DNA of 64,000 nt from a virus. Taxonomy: Duplodnaviria > Caudoviricetes. Position 1 is the stretch's first letter; the number at the start of each line of letters is the position of its first letter. Shown here one piece after another: positions 35,334 through 45,997 of the stretch. The notes under the pieces were generated by a model. The model was not told the DNA's origin, made no database searches, and saw nothing but the letters and a program-made list of their open reading frames with translations. The DNA lies in the IMG/VR virus record IMGVR_UViG_2840526738_000004, positions 12,203 through 76,202 of that record; one strand, written 5' to 3'. The position numbers and the translations under genes were made by a program.

Positions 35334-36275
35334 TTGAATACAGCGATAAAAGAAGAACACATTGCTTTAATGCAACAAATGTATGATTGTGGCAAGTCAT
35401 ATACAGAAATTGCATTGGAGATACATGCTCGTTTTGGTATCCCTGTCCATAGTGATAGTGTACGATACTATGTAAAGCGAAAGAAACAAAAGAAATTAAC
35501 TAAATTGGAAAAGTTGCAGAAAGAGAATATCGAAAAAGTTCTCATAATTTCTGACCTACATATCCCATTCCAGCGAGATGATGTCATTGATATCGTTAGA
35601 AAATATGCTGATGAGGTAAGTATGATCATTCTCAATGGTGATATACAAGATTGTAAGGCAATCAGTTCATTTGTTGAACTTGGTCGTGGAAAATTGATTG
35701 ATGAAATGAGTTTTGCACATCAAATGCTGAAATGGATTGATGTATTGACGCCAGATATTCCGAAAATCATAGTCCAAGGCAATCATGAAGTTCGCATGAA
35801 GAAATATCTCGCTAACAATCCGAATGAATTAAATAACTTACACACTGATAACATCATGAAAGAAGTTATAGAGGGATTTAAATGTGTTGATCACGAGAAA
35901 GGTTTGGTCACATATTACGAGCCACTTAAGAATTATACAGCATTAGACAACTGGTATTATGAATACAAAGGTATGATTTGTTGTCATCCGTTGAGTTTTT
36001 CAAAGATTCCAGCAAGGACAGCTTACAATGCAGTAGAATATTTTGTTCGTAATGGATTCAATTTTGATACTTGTATTGTAGCTCATACACATCACTATGG
36101 AAGTTGTATGAACTTAGGAAAGTACACGGTCGAAACTGGATGTTTGTGTCAAGAACAGCCATATGCTGCAACTGGCAAACTAAATTATACGCCCCAAGAC
36201 TATGGCTATCATTTGGCTGTATTCAAAGACGGTGTATACGATATTAACCTCAGTAAGAATTACATACTGAAATAA
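35334..36275 (+). CDS. calcineurin-like metallophosphoesterase
   Basis: ISDLHIP, GDIQD, GNHE, HP and AHTH motifs. Confidence 0.9.
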   Translation: MNTAIKEEHIALMQQMYDCGKSYTEIALEIHARFGIPVHSDSVRYYVKRKKQKKLTKLEKLQKENIEKVLIISDLHIPFQRDDVIDIVRKYADEVSMIILNGDIQDCKAISSFVELGRGKLIDEMSFAHQMLKWIDVLTPDIPKIIVQGNHEVRMKKYLANNPNELNNLHTDNIMKEVIEGFKCVDHEKGLVTYYEPLKNYTALDNWYYEYKGMICCHPLSFSKIPARTAYNAVEYFVRNGFNFDTCIVAHTHHYGSCMNLGKYTVETGCLCQEQPYAATGKLNYTPQDYGYHLAVFKDGVYDINLSKNYILK

Positions 36276-36282
36276 TCAATAT

Positions 36283-36308
36283 GACAGAGATAATCTGTCT
36301 TTTTTTTA
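36283..36308 (+). terminator. intrinsic terminator
   Basis: GACAGA-N5-TCTGTC followed by a T run. Confidence 0.7.
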
Positions 36309-36326
36309 TTTCAAAAAAGGAGGCAA

Positions 36327-37190
36327 ATGGCAACAAAAAGAAAATCGGTTAGGCGTAACCGACCAAGAGATATAACTACAAAAGAAGGGTTGATTAAATA
36401 TCTTGAAGCTAATCAAGATACTGAATTACCTTTTGTTGAAGAAGCTTGGGAAGCAGCGCTTAAGCAATATGAAGAAAAGAAAGACGTTGAAACGACTGTC
36501 AATAAAATTGTCAAAGATGAAGATGGAAACCCTGTAATTTCTTCTTTCAATGTGAATTACAATAAAAACCCTGTAAGTAACTATTTTAAATTAATGGGGT
36601 TAAAGGCTTACAAAGCTAAAGCAAAGAAAATTCAACAGAATAAGATTTTAATGACAGACCGCAGAGCAGAAATAGAAGATGTATATTTTAATGAAAATGA
36701 TGACGATATTGATGATGAAGATGACGATGATGAAGAAGAAAATTCATACTCTTTCAAGAAAAATGACTCAATCATATGTTGGATAGAATCATTTGCAAGT
36801 GATTACGAGAAAAAGTATATCAAAAATAGATACATCACTTATATGAGTGAGTATGAAATCAATGAAGGTGTTGGCAAGACCGCACTCAAAGGAATATTAA
36901 GTATTGAATTAGCTTTGGATAGAATTGATAGGCTTCGCTCTCAGGGTGAAGATGTTGACTATAAAATGGAGAAAGAGTTGAGAAAATCACTTTTGGACTC
37001 ATTTGATGCTATGAAATGGCAACCAAAACAACGTAATATGCAAGAGGAAATGGCAGCCAACAAGTTTACAGTGATGATGGATAGAATGGTTAAAGAAGGT
37101 GGTTTTAAACCTCCAGAACAAAAGATTGAAAAAGACGAAATTGATAAGCTTATGGATATTATTACTGAATCTAGGGAGAAACAGGAATAA
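36327..37190 (+). CDS. putative terminase small subunit (positional)
   Basis: Directly upstream of terL; helical and acidic, as in SPbeta-like head modules. Confidence 0.55.
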   Translation: MATKRKSVRRNRPRDITTKEGLIKYLEANQDTELPFVEEAWEAALKQYEEKKDVETTVNKIVKDEDGNPVISSFNVNYNKNPVSNYFKLMGLKAYKAKAKKIQQNKILMTDRRAEIEDVYFNENDDDIDDEDDDDEEENSYSFKKNDSIICWIESFASDYEKKYIKNRYITYMSEYEINEGVGKTALKGILSIELALDRIDRLRSQGEDVDYKMEKELRKSLLDSFDAMKWQPKQRNMQEEMAANKFTVMMDRMVKEGGFKPPEQKIEKDEIDKLMDIITESREKQE

Positions 37191-37627
37191 TGAACAAAAA
37201 AGATAAGCAAAGACGTAAGCGTGAGATATACAATGAAGCTGTTGCTTACTGGAGGAAATATCCAGACGTTTACTGCGAGCAAGTTTTAGGTATCAGAATT
37301 AATGTATATCAGAAAGTCATGATGAGGGCTTTTTTCAGATACAAATATATTGCATTTGTAATGGGGCGTGGTGTTGGTAAAAGTTTTATCTGCATACTTT
37401 GTCTTGTAATATATGCGTTGCTATATCCTGGTAGTAAGATTGGAATTATAGCGCCAACTTTTAGACAGGCTAAACAATTATTATCTGAAAAGTACAGAGG
37501 TGAACTTTGTGAATGGTCACCTTTTCTAAAACAGGAAGAAAGAAAATTTGCGTGTTCTATGCAATCGGCGAGAGTCGATTTTTTTAATGGTTCATTTATT
37601 GAGGCATTTCCACTAGGAACAGATGGT
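37190..37627 (+). CDS. terL: terminase large subunit, exon 1
   Basis: LNVYQKVM, Walker A MGRGVGKS, IIAPTFRQA; ends at ...PLGTDG. Confidence 0.9.
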
Positions 37628-37933
37628 GAAAATATCGCCCCTACATTGAGAAATCTTTGTAGTGCATAATTCAAAATCGGTAGATTCCACTGGTAAAGGA
37701 TAATACCGAGGTAAACAGGAACATCACCTGTCACCGTAACGCATAGGGATTGAGTGTTAAGAGAGCAAAAATATCCCCAAGAGTGAATTATACGATAGAT
37801 TATAGGTCTATCCTTGGCAGAGTTAATCGCCTGTCAAGCCAAACATATAGATGTGGGTAAAAATATATGCTGGGCTTACACGATAGTAAAGTGTAAGAAG
37901 TAGAGGATAAAAAGCCTTTACGGTAACAATTCG
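37628..37933 (+). ncRNA. group I self-splicing intron (306 nt, no homing endonuclease)
   Basis: 5' exon ends in U, paired to G in P1; intron ends in G; P3 AUAAUUCA/UGAAUUAU, P4 UCGGUA/UACCGA, P7 GCAUA/UAUGC, P9 CUUACAC/GUGUAAG; splicing restores the frame. Confidence 0.9.
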
Positions 37934-39142
37934 GCTAAAATCCGTGGTGCCAGACTTCATGTTGTATTGATAGATGAAGCTGCGTACGTTCCTAGAGAAA
38001 TCATTCAGACCGTTGTAATGCCTATGTTACTTGTAAAACAGGGATATAAGGTTGGAGAAAAAAATACAGAAGCAAACACAAATAAAATCGTCATGGCTTC
38101 AAGTGCTTCATTCAGATCTAATCACTTCTATACCACTTATACTGATTGGACAAAGGAAATGTTCAAAAGAGGAAATGATAAATATTTCACTTTGACATTA
38201 CCTTGGAAAATTGGTGTGCAAGCTGGATTCATGGAAGAAAGCGACATCATGGAGAAGAAAAAAGAATTGAGCGCTATGCAATTCGCCATGGAATATGAAG
38301 GCGTATTCCCTTCTTTGATTGATGGAACTTGGATAAATCCAGAAGATTTAGAAGCTTGTCGTAACCTTACTGATTTCCAATTACATGGAAATAACAAATT
38401 TGAATATATCATGTCTGTTGATATTGCTCGTATGAAGGGCGAAGATAACACAATCATAATGGTCTTCAAATTGAAATGGGTAAAAGAACACATAGAACCA
38501 GAATTAGTTTATATTCAGTCAATGAATGGTTGTACGTTTGCAGAACAAGCAAAACAGATCAGAGCAGTAAAAAGAAGATATCCTTCAATAATCAGAGCCT
38601 ATATGGATGCAGTTACCATTGGACAAGGTGTTTTTGATGAATTGGCAAAAGAATTCCTTTGCGAAGAAACAGAAACATACGAAGATCCATGGATTGATAT
38701 GAATGATGAAGAAGCCATGAAGAATCGTGAATTAACTCATGCTATTCCATTAATTTATGGTATCAAAGCAACGCCAGAAATCAATCACAAATGTGGATAT
38801 GCAGTCAAGAAATATATTGAAAAGAAATGGTTGCATTTGTACACAAGGAACGCTGGCGAAATCGCTCATGTTAACAAAGATACTGATTATACATATGAAG
38901 AAGAATTAGTATTGAATGAAACTAGACAAACGATAGATGAAGTAATCAATATGCAAGCACAGACACTAAATAGTGGTTTTATGAAATTTATCACTCGTGG
39001 TAAGCGAAAAGACCGTTGGTCTGCACTAGGATATGGGTTGTATGGCGTTGAAATCATACAAAAGGAAAGAGAAAAGCCAAAGAATGAAAAAGCAATTTTT
39101 GGCTTTACAAGGTTAAATTTAAATAGACGAGGAGGTTTTTAG
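37934..39142 (+). CDS. terL: terminase large subunit, exon 2
   Basis: AKIRGARLHVVLIDEA (Walker B), ASSA, SVDIAR, KDRWSAL nuclease motifs; spliced product is 548 aa. Confidence 0.92.
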   Translation, partial: AKIRGARLHVVLIDEAAYVPREIIQTVVMPMLLVKQGYKVGEKNTEANTNKIVMASSASFRSNHFYTTYTDWTKEMFKRGNDKYFTLTLPWKIGVQAGFMEESDIMEKKKELSAMQFAMEYEGVFPSLIDGTWINPEDLEACRNLTDFQLHGNNKFEYIMSVDIARMKGEDNTIIMVFKLKWVKEHIEPELVYIQSMNGCTFAEQAKQIRAVKRRYPSIIRAYMDAVTIGQGVFDELAKEFLCEETETYEDPWIDMNDEEAMKNRELTHAIPLIYGIKATPEINHKCGYAVKKYIEKKWLHLYTRNAGEIAHVNKDTDYTYEEELVLNETRQTIDEVINMQAQTLNSGFMKFITRGKRKDRWSALGYGLYGVEIIQKEREKPKNEKAIFGFTRLNLNRRGGF

Positions 39143-40632
39143 TGTCAAATACAAATAAGACAAAGCCAGTAACCAATCAAATGGTATGCGGTCAAATTGC
39201 AAAGTTAGAAGATGAATATTCTACATATTTCAACAAAAACTTTAATGTTGACGGTTCTCCTGATGATATAGAACTGGAAGATATATTTAATGCACCACAA
39301 GATCATGTAGATGACATCATCGGATATAGCAAATATTGCTATCGTAAGCATGGAATCATCATGCGTGTAGTCAATATGTACAGAGATTTTGGGTGTACAA
39401 AAATGCATTTGCACTATAAAGAAGATGGTGCGGATGCTGAAAAAGCAAAAGAGGTCATAGATACCTATAACAAACGTGTCAACATGTTACATACAATGGG
39501 AGAATGTATTTTTGAGATTGCTCAGACAGGCAACCTTGTATTGTATGATAGAAATGGCAAACGTCTTGATATCTACCCTATTGATAGGTGTGAGCCTGTT
39601 CCGTTGTTAGTTAGTAATAAACCATTGATTAAATTTAAGATTGAACAAGATTTTGATATGTCTGATTATGATGAAAAGATTAAGAAAAAGATAAATAGTG
39701 CTTATCCAAAAGAAGTTCTAAAGGCGCAAAAAGCTGGGAAGGATTTTGCAGTTTTAGACATCGATAATACCTATTTTGCAAAGATTAACTGTTCACAATA
39801 TGAAACATACGGTCTTAGTGTTATCGTTCCCGCATTTGAAGATTTATCACACAAGAATTTACTTAAGAATGCAGAACGTTCTACAGCTAACGCAGTAATC
39901 AATAAAATCTTGTTAATGCAAGTAGGAGATGAAAATAACCCTCCTAATGCGAATTTGATTGCGCAATATCAGAAAATGCTAGAAGGAATGAGTGGATCAA
40001 TCGGTGTATCAGTTCCATATTATGTCAATATGTCTTTCATCGAACCATCAACGGAAGTTTTTGGTTCTGAGAAATTTGTTGAGATTGACAAGGATATTCT
40101 GAATACATTAGGTGTTTCTGTTTCATTGCTACGTGGCGAAGGCGGAGGTTCTTATTCTGATGGACTGATGAACTTTACGAGCCTTTGTAGAAACATTGAA
40201 GCAGCAAGAGAGCCTTTGCCTGACATTGTTCATGCATTATATCAGGCAGAATTAAAGCGTAATAGAATAGATCCAAAGTATGCACCAACTGTTGAGTTTG
40301 GTGATGTCATTATTGACAAAGAAGCAAAAATGCAGTTATTAATCAGTCTATTTCAGGATGCTAGTCTACCATATGAATTATTGTATGAAGGCTGTGGTAT
40401 GGACTTTGACCACGTTAAGTTATTGAAGAAACAAGAAAAAGCACAAAAACTTGATGAATTGTTTGAGCCACATGCAATGCCATTCCAAGGTAACCAAGGA
40501 GAAGGATCTACTGATGAAGGCGGTGCCCCAAAGAAAACTGATAGCGAACGTAAATCAGACAAGAGTAAATCAAACAACAAGCAAGCAAGACCTGATAAGA
40601 AATCAAAATCAGGTGTAAAAACGGGTAAATAA
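39142..40632 (+). CDS. portal protein
   Basis: Position after terL, ~500 aa, charged C-terminal tail. Confidence 0.8.
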   Translation: MSNTNKTKPVTNQMVCGQIAKLEDEYSTYFNKNFNVDGSPDDIELEDIFNAPQDHVDDIIGYSKYCYRKHGIIMRVVNMYRDFGCTKMHLHYKEDGADAEKAKEVIDTYNKRVNMLHTMGECIFEIAQTGNLVLYDRNGKRLDIYPIDRCEPVPLLVSNKPLIKFKIEQDFDMSDYDEKIKKKINSAYPKEVLKAQKAGKDFAVLDIDNTYFAKINCSQYETYGLSVIVPAFEDLSHKNLLKNAERSTANAVINKILLMQVGDENNPPNANLIAQYQKMLEGMSGSIGVSVPYYVNMSFIEPSTEVFGSEKFVEIDKDILNTLGVSVSLLRGEGGGSYSDGLMNFTSLCRNIEAAREPLPDIVHALYQAELKRNRIDPKYAPTVEFGDVIIDKEAKMQLLISLFQDASLPYELLYEGCGMDFDHVKLLKKQEKAQKLDELFEPHAMPFQGNQGEGSTDEGGAPKKTDSERKSDKSKSNNKQARPDKKSKSGVKTGK

Positions 40633-40659
40633 ATAAAAATTAAATTATTTTAACAAAAA

Positions 40660-40697
40660 GGGGTGAAAAAACCCCTTAAATTCAACTATATATATGT
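40660..40697 (+). promoter_or_regulatory. phage late promoter motif, copy 2
   Basis: GGGGTG-N16-TCAACTATATATATGT. Confidence 0.75.
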
Positions 40698-40731
40698 AAG
40701 ATAAAAAATCTCTACACAGAGAGGTGAGAAG

Positions 40732-41811
40732 TTGAAACAGATAACAGAAATCAATCTTACGCAAAAAGATACTGTTGAGTTAGCTTCTATTACCAATTTT
40801 GATCAGATGCACATAAAGTGTTTTGCCACTACGGAGGGTAAGAACCTAAATGGTACTGAATTCCCCCGTAACACTTTATTAGCATCATATAAATCATTAA
40901 TTGATACGCATGTCTGGATTGTTCCTGACAAGTACGGATTCCCTACTGGTCATGGATTTGATTTTACAAGCGCCGAATTCGATATGGAAAAAAGAAAGAA
41001 TATCGGTCATATAAAAAACGCATATCCAGTCATCGTAACCAAAGATGAACAAATTGTAGATGTAAGTGAAATGAATATTGAAGATTTCCCAGAGGGAGAG
41101 TTAAGAATTGTTGCTGATTTGGCAATAGATAAATTCTACTTTTCTGAAATTGCAGACAATCTTAAATATCTTCACAGCATCAACGATTTGTTTTTTTCTA
41201 TGGAAGCTTTAACAAAAGGTGTGCAGAAAGAAGATAGGCGAGAATGTAGTGAAATCTCATTTACAGGTCTGGCTATTGTCTCTAATCCAGCCTTTGTTAA
41301 CTCAAAGTCAATCGAAATTGCACAAAGAAAAGAGGAGGAACACTCATTGGATTTTGAAAAAGAGTACAACGAACTGAAAACTAAATACGATACAGTCGTT
41401 GCAGAAAATGAAACATTGAAAAATGCCTCTGCTGGAATTACAGAAGTTGCTACAGAATTAGCTACAGCTAAAACAGAATTGGCAACTGCTAATAAAACTA
41501 TTGATGAATTAAAAGTCTATAAAGAAAAGTTTGAAACAGCAGAAAAAGAAAAATTAGGGAAAACAAGAGCTGAACAGATGAAGAAACTTGGTAAAGAAAT
41601 TGAAGCATCTGAATTAGCAGAAAAAACAGACGTTGAATTTGCGCAGTTAGTAATTGAAGCTGCTAGTACATTTAAAGCTAAACCTTTAGAAGATGATGAA
41701 GATGACGATGATGAAGTAGAAGTAGCTGGTGTACTAAGTTTTAATCATGGCAATAAAAGTAAATTTGACCAGCTGGATGAATTATTAAAAGATTTTGAGG
41801 AGGATAAATAA
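40732..41811 (+). CDS. prohead protease/scaffold protein
   Basis: N-terminal N.NG..F...GH..SME...FTGLAIV..PAF protease-like domain; C-terminal coiled coil. Confidence 0.75.
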   Translation: MKQITEINLTQKDTVELASITNFDQMHIKCFATTEGKNLNGTEFPRNTLLASYKSLIDTHVWIVPDKYGFPTGHGFDFTSAEFDMEKRKNIGHIKNAYPVIVTKDEQIVDVSEMNIEDFPEGELRIVADLAIDKFYFSEIADNLKYLHSINDLFFSMEALTKGVQKEDRRECSEISFTGLAIVSNPAFVNSKSIEIAQRKEEEHSLDFEKEYNELKTKYDTVVAENETLKNASAGITEVATELATAKTELATANKTIDELKVYKEKFETAEKEKLGKTRAEQMKKLGKEIEASELAEKTDVEFAQLVIEAASTFKAKPLEDDEDDDDEVEVAGVLSFNHGNKSKFDQLDELLKDFEEDK

Positions 41812-41814
41812 TTA

Positions 41815-42270
41815 ATGTTACAAAAACACCGTAATAAAGCTTCTATCCCTGATGGGTTATATTATCCAGCAGAGGATATGAAGAAGGGTACTGCTGTAAT
41901 TAGAAAGTTAGATACAGATAAAGGAACATTTGTATTTGCAAAACCTTCTACAGCAGATGAAGCAAAAAGTATTTATGGTTTTATCACTCGTGATATTCGT
42001 TATGATGACCATACAAAGAAATACTATGATACTTGTTTAGCTTCAGAACTTGCAACAGCTTATACAAGAGTTTCTGGGGAGTCATGGAAAACCACTGAAT
42101 TTGTTGAAGATTTAGCTGTTGGAGATTTATGTGCAGTTGGATTTGAATCTAATGATGCTGGTAAAGTTCGTAAAGCTAAAGCTGGTGAAACAGCAACTAT
42201 GATTGTATTACAAAAGACAGAAGCATTCCAAGGATACGAAGATCCTATGGTAACTGTCCAGTATTTATAG
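41815..42270 (+). CDS. head decoration or capsid-associated protein
   Basis: Position between scaffold and capsid; 151 aa. Confidence 0.55.
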   Translation: MLQKHRNKASIPDGLYYPAEDMKKGTAVIRKLDTDKGTFVFAKPSTADEAKSIYGFITRDIRYDDHTKKYYDTCLASELATAYTRVSGESWKTTEFVEDLAVGDLCAVGFESNDAGKVRKAKAGETATMIVLQKTEAFQGYEDPMVTVQYL

Positions 42271-42280
42271 AGGTAAAATA

Positions 42281-43246
42281 ATGAAAAAAAGAACAAAACT
42301 GATTAAAAAAGTTGTTAGTGTTGGTGACAAAGTACGCTTAGGAACCATTGACCAGAATGACGAAAAAATCGAAGCAGCAGAAGAAATTTTAAAAGAAATC
42401 TTCGAGACAGAAGATGGGCGTACAGAATTAGCTACTGAAATTAAATCTTATATTGAGGATAAATATTACAAATTTAACTTCGCTGATTATGTTTTTGAAA
42501 AACGTAGATTTAAAGTAACTGATATTCCAACATTCAAAACGCATAAAAAGGGTATTATTGCATACAAGACAGCACCAGACTCTTATGTACCAAAAAGTGA
42601 AAACTATGAAACAGAATTCACAATGAATTTCGTTAACATGGGTGTTCGTCCTACTGCCCAGTTAATAGATTTAAAAACTGGTAGAATTTCTGCATTATCA
42701 GAATTAATTAACGATGCTTATGAAGCAATGAACACATTAACAATTAAAGAAAGTCTTGATTGTTTGTCGCAGACTTTTAACGCAACAGTGAATAAAGACA
42801 ACTTTGTAGAAACTAACACTGTTAATAAAGCAGCTTTAGATAAGATGATTAATCGTGTACGTAAGAAAACGTTAAAACGCCCAACTATCATTGGTAATTA
42901 TGATTTATTAACTCAGATTGAGGCATTTCCTGAATATAAAGGAATGGAACCTGTATACAATGAAATCAGAAAGGATGGATTGTTAGGCATGTATCGTGGA
43001 TGTAAATTGGTATATGTACCAGACATCGAGGATCCTGTAACACATAAACCTTTATTCCCAGAAGATAGAATTATGATTGTGTCTGAAAAGGTAGGATTCT
43101 TTGCTACACAGGGTGAAATGCAATCTGAACAGGAAAAAGATATCAATGATAACTCATGGAGTTGCCGTATTGACCAGCGTTATGGTTTGCTAGTAACTCA
43201 TCCTGAAGGATTAGCTGTAATTAAAATTGTACCATCACAGGGCTAA
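42281..43246 (+). CDS. major capsid protein
   Basis: 321 aa in the HK97-type position, followed by a terminator; G.Y.G..L and R.DQRYG patterns. Confidence 0.8.
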   Translation: MKKRTKLIKKVVSVGDKVRLGTIDQNDEKIEAAEEILKEIFETEDGRTELATEIKSYIEDKYYKFNFADYVFEKRRFKVTDIPTFKTHKKGIIAYKTAPDSYVPKSENYETEFTMNFVNMGVRPTAQLIDLKTGRISALSELINDAYEAMNTLTIKESLDCLSQTFNATVNKDNFVETNTVNKAALDKMINRVRKKTLKRPTIIGNYDLLTQIEAFPEYKGMEPVYNEIRKDGLLGMYRGCKLVYVPDIEDPVTHKPLFPEDRIMIVSEKVGFFATQGEMQSEQEKDINDNSWSCRIDQRYGLLVTHPEGLAVIKIVPSQG

Positions 43247-43294
43247 AGGGATATTCCCTTTAGTTCTTTTAAATAAGGAAAGGAAAAACAAACA

Positions 43295-43729
43295 TTGGAA
43301 AAGAATATTGTAACAATTAAAAACACTGGAATTACATCATTGATTTTGGATTTAACACCATATTGTTCAAAAATCATAGATTTAGAAGTTGGTAGCATTG
43401 CTGGTGTAAAAGTAGAAGAATATGAGTATATGCTTGAAATATTCAAAAGTTTTTTTGAAAAAGGAAAATTATCAGTAATTAAAGCTCCAAAAAATGTTGA
43501 AATTATTAAGAATGATTTCAAATATGACGAAAAGAAAATAGATGAAATCGTGCAGATGACTCAGGCAAAATTTAAGACAGAAATTTCTAAAGTTGATGAT
43601 ATTGAAGTATTAAGAATTATTTTAAAACATTCCATAGATGAAGGAAAAACAGAAAAATTCCTTAAAATTATTGAAACTAGAATTGACGAGTTAAAAACAG
43701 AAGATGTAGCTATTGCTTCTTCATTTTAG
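43295..43729 (+). CDS. head-associated hypothetical protein
   Basis: Position after the capsid gene. Confidence 0.55.
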   Translation: MEKNIVTIKNTGITSLILDLTPYCSKIIDLEVGSIAGVKVEEYEYMLEIFKSFFEKGKLSVIKAPKNVEIIKNDFKYDEKKIDEIVQMTQAKFKTEISKVDDIEVLRIILKHSIDEGKTEKFLKIIETRIDELKTEDVAIASSF

Positions 43730-43731
43730 AG

Positions 43732-44172
43732 GTGCTTATGACTACATTTGATGAAATAGCTTTGAATTTGTCTGTTAAGATACCAGACGATGCAAAAGAA
43801 GTCATCAAAAAGGATAACTTACGTATTTATTATGGTTTAACGAGAATGTATACAGTATTAGGTATCAAAGATAAGGATATTCATTATGATGAAGAAACCA
43901 ACACAGGATATTGTGAACGTGACTTGTCATATGCTGAAATTCATTTAGCTTCCCTGTATGCTTATGAGTCATACTTGGAAATGAAAGAGCTTGAATATAC
44001 AGAGGATATCATGGGTATCAAAACGATTACATTTGAGATTAAATCATTAGATAAGAAACCTGATGCAATTAATAATATGCTGTATCAATTAAGGCGCTGG
44101 ATAAGCGAAGATATTAAACGAGCAACTGGTTCTGCCGTTGTCGTTGGAAAGGCTTGGGAGATGAAATCATGA
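43732..44172 (+). CDS. putative head-tail connector
   Basis: Position and size. Confidence 0.5.
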   Translation: MLMTTFDEIALNLSVKIPDDAKEVIKKDNLRIYYGLTRMYTVLGIKDKDIHYDEETNTGYCERDLSYAEIHLASLYAYESYLEMKELEYTEDIMGIKTITFEIKSLDKKPDAINNMLYQLRRWISEDIKRATGSAVVVGKAWEMKS

Positions 44173-44318
44173 CAAAAGACGAATTGTATAAAGAAGCAGT
44201 GGATATCCTTCCTCTGTTAGAACTTGTTGTAAAAGACAAAGACCAGTACAAATTGATTCGTAAGCGAATCTTAGATTTAGCTAACGATATCAAACGTAGT
44301 GATACAGATGGCATTTAG
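44169..44318 (+). CDS. small conserved virion-module protein (49 aa)
   Basis: Manual translation MTKDELYKEAVDILPLLELVVKDKDQYKLIRKRILDLANDIKRSDTDGI; ATGA overlap. Confidence 0.6.
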   Translation: MTKDELYKEAVDILPLLELVVKDKDQYKLIRKRILDLANDIKRSDTDGI

Positions 44319-44934
44319 ACCTGAACAAATATCAAAAGCACTTGCTAAGGCTGGTAAGACTTATGATGAGGTAATGCAAACGCCTGAAATAGCCTTTGAC
44401 ATCCGAATAGATGGTGTCATGACTAGAGGGCAAGTCAAGGACAATGAAAGACTGAATACCTCCAAGGAACAGTACACAAAGACACTTACTTGTGGTAAGA
44501 AAACAGATGTAAAAAGAGGAAGTTATGTAGAAATACAAAGAAACTCTGGTGACACTGAATTATCGCAAAAAGGTATCGTGATTACTGAACCTAACGAAAC
44601 CCCTATAGACAAGTATTTTACAGCATTATTATTCAATACAGAGGTTACTAGATATAGATACAAGACAAAATACAATGAAATTGGCGACATCATAGGAAAA
44701 GATATAGAGAAACAGGATACAATCCCCTGCTTTGTACAAAAGATTACAAGAAGCGAAAGAATGCTTGATAGTGGCATTGAGCGTGATAGCGTGAATGAAT
44801 TAACGACACTAAAGAAATGGGATATCAAAGTTGATGATGTTCTACAAATTGGTGAACAAAAGTACAAAGTAAATGATTTCAATGAAATTGATAAGGATGT
44901 ATGTATCTGCTATATGACATTCTATAGAGCATAA
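44308..44934 (+). CDS. putative head-closure/adaptor protein
   Basis: Position; beta-rich, with WDIKVDDVL.IG..KYKV. Confidence 0.55.
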   Translation: MAFRPEQISKALAKAGKTYDEVMQTPEIAFDIRIDGVMTRGQVKDNERLNTSKEQYTKTLTCGKKTDVKRGSYVEIQRNSGDTELSQKGIVITEPNETPIDKYFTALLFNTEVTRYRYKTKYNEIGDIIGKDIEKQDTIPCFVQKITRSERMLDSGIERDSVNELTTLKKWDIKVDDVLQIGEQKYKVNDFNEIDKDVCICYMTFYRA

Positions 44935-45497
44935 TGGCTGAATATCAACTAATGGAGTTCGATGAAGAACTCTTTTTACATGACCTATTGGATGGTCTAG
45001 ATCATGCTATGATAAACGCAATTCAAGTTGTATTTGGAAGTCATCCTTATTTTGATGGCAATTCAGAAAAAACACAAACAATGAGTGGAATTGAATATGA
45101 TATCCACTCAACAGATTTCAAGGCATGGATACTTGAATATGGCAAAGGTAAATACCTAGATGAAAGCAATCCATATCTTGATGAATATAAGAATTCTTTA
45201 TACTGGAATTCAAAACGTGAATCACACGGAAACGCAATCTTATACAGAGGGAATGGTGTGAATTACTCACAGCTTGATTATCAATCTGGTAGTGGAACTT
45301 ATGAAGCTACTGGTGTTGGAAATCCAGACTTGGAAGTTCCTGACTGGGCGCAAGGTGTTAGACCTTCCCCATTTATTGACAAACTTTTGAAACAAGTTTG
45401 GACATTATTCAAGACAGATAGTATTGAGATTATACGGAAAATGGAAGATGCCGCTGACAACTATTTCAGACCTAGTTCTTCTAATACATTAAGGTAG
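44934..45497 (+). CDS. putative tail-completion/neck protein
   Basis: Position; AWILEYGKG and PSPFI patterns. Confidence 0.5.
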   Translation: MAEYQLMEFDEELFLHDLLDGLDHAMINAIQVVFGSHPYFDGNSEKTQTMSGIEYDIHSTDFKAWILEYGKGKYLDESNPYLDEYKNSLYWNSKRESHGNAILYRGNGVNYSQLDYQSGSGTYEATGVGNPDLEVPDWAQGVRPSPFIDKLLKQVWTLFKTDSIEIIRKMEDAADNYFRPSSSNTLR

Positions 45498-45986
45498 GTG
45501 TTCATTATAGTAGACTTTAGAGATATATTCGTAAAAACTTTTGTGGCATTAGCCAACGACAGCGAGCTTATAAAGCTTTTAGATATTGATTTAGCGGAAG
45601 TGACAGATAGCAATGAACGCATGGGTAAGATACGAGAGCAAATAAAGGAATCTATAAAACCTAACGACATCTTGAATAACAATAACACACGGTTATGCAT
45701 ACATCCCGAAACTGGTGAATGGCAACCTAGTAGACAGGTAATCAAATACCTTGCTGTAGATGTACATATCACTAATGACCGTGACGAGATTGATAGACGT
45801 GCTAATAAGATTGTAAAAAGAATTATCGAAGTGTTGGATACACGTGAACGAAAATTGCATAATTTGAAGCCATTAGAAATTGGACTAATCGGCTTGCAAT
45901 ACAAAAAAGATTCAGCAGAAGAATCACAAAGCAGCGGATGGCAGAAATATTCCGTTGTTTTTGAATATAGATTTTTGAAATTATAG
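45498..45986 (+). CDS. putative tail terminator
   Basis: Immediately before the major tail protein; VDVH...R...I..RIIE.L. Confidence 0.55.
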   Translation: MFIIVDFRDIFVKTFVALANDSELIKLLDIDLAEVTDSNERMGKIREQIKESIKPNDILNNNNTRLCIHPETGEWQPSRQVIKYLAVDVHITNDRDEIDRRANKIVKRIIEVLDTRERKLHNLKPLEIGLIGLQYKKDSAEESQSSGWQKYSVVFEYRFLKL

Positions 45987-45997
45987 GAGGAAAATTA

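Noticed and set aside
37628-37933. Homing endonuclease or intein in the terL insertion
   Set aside because: The insert is 306 nt with in-frame stops and no ORF; it fits an RNA intron.
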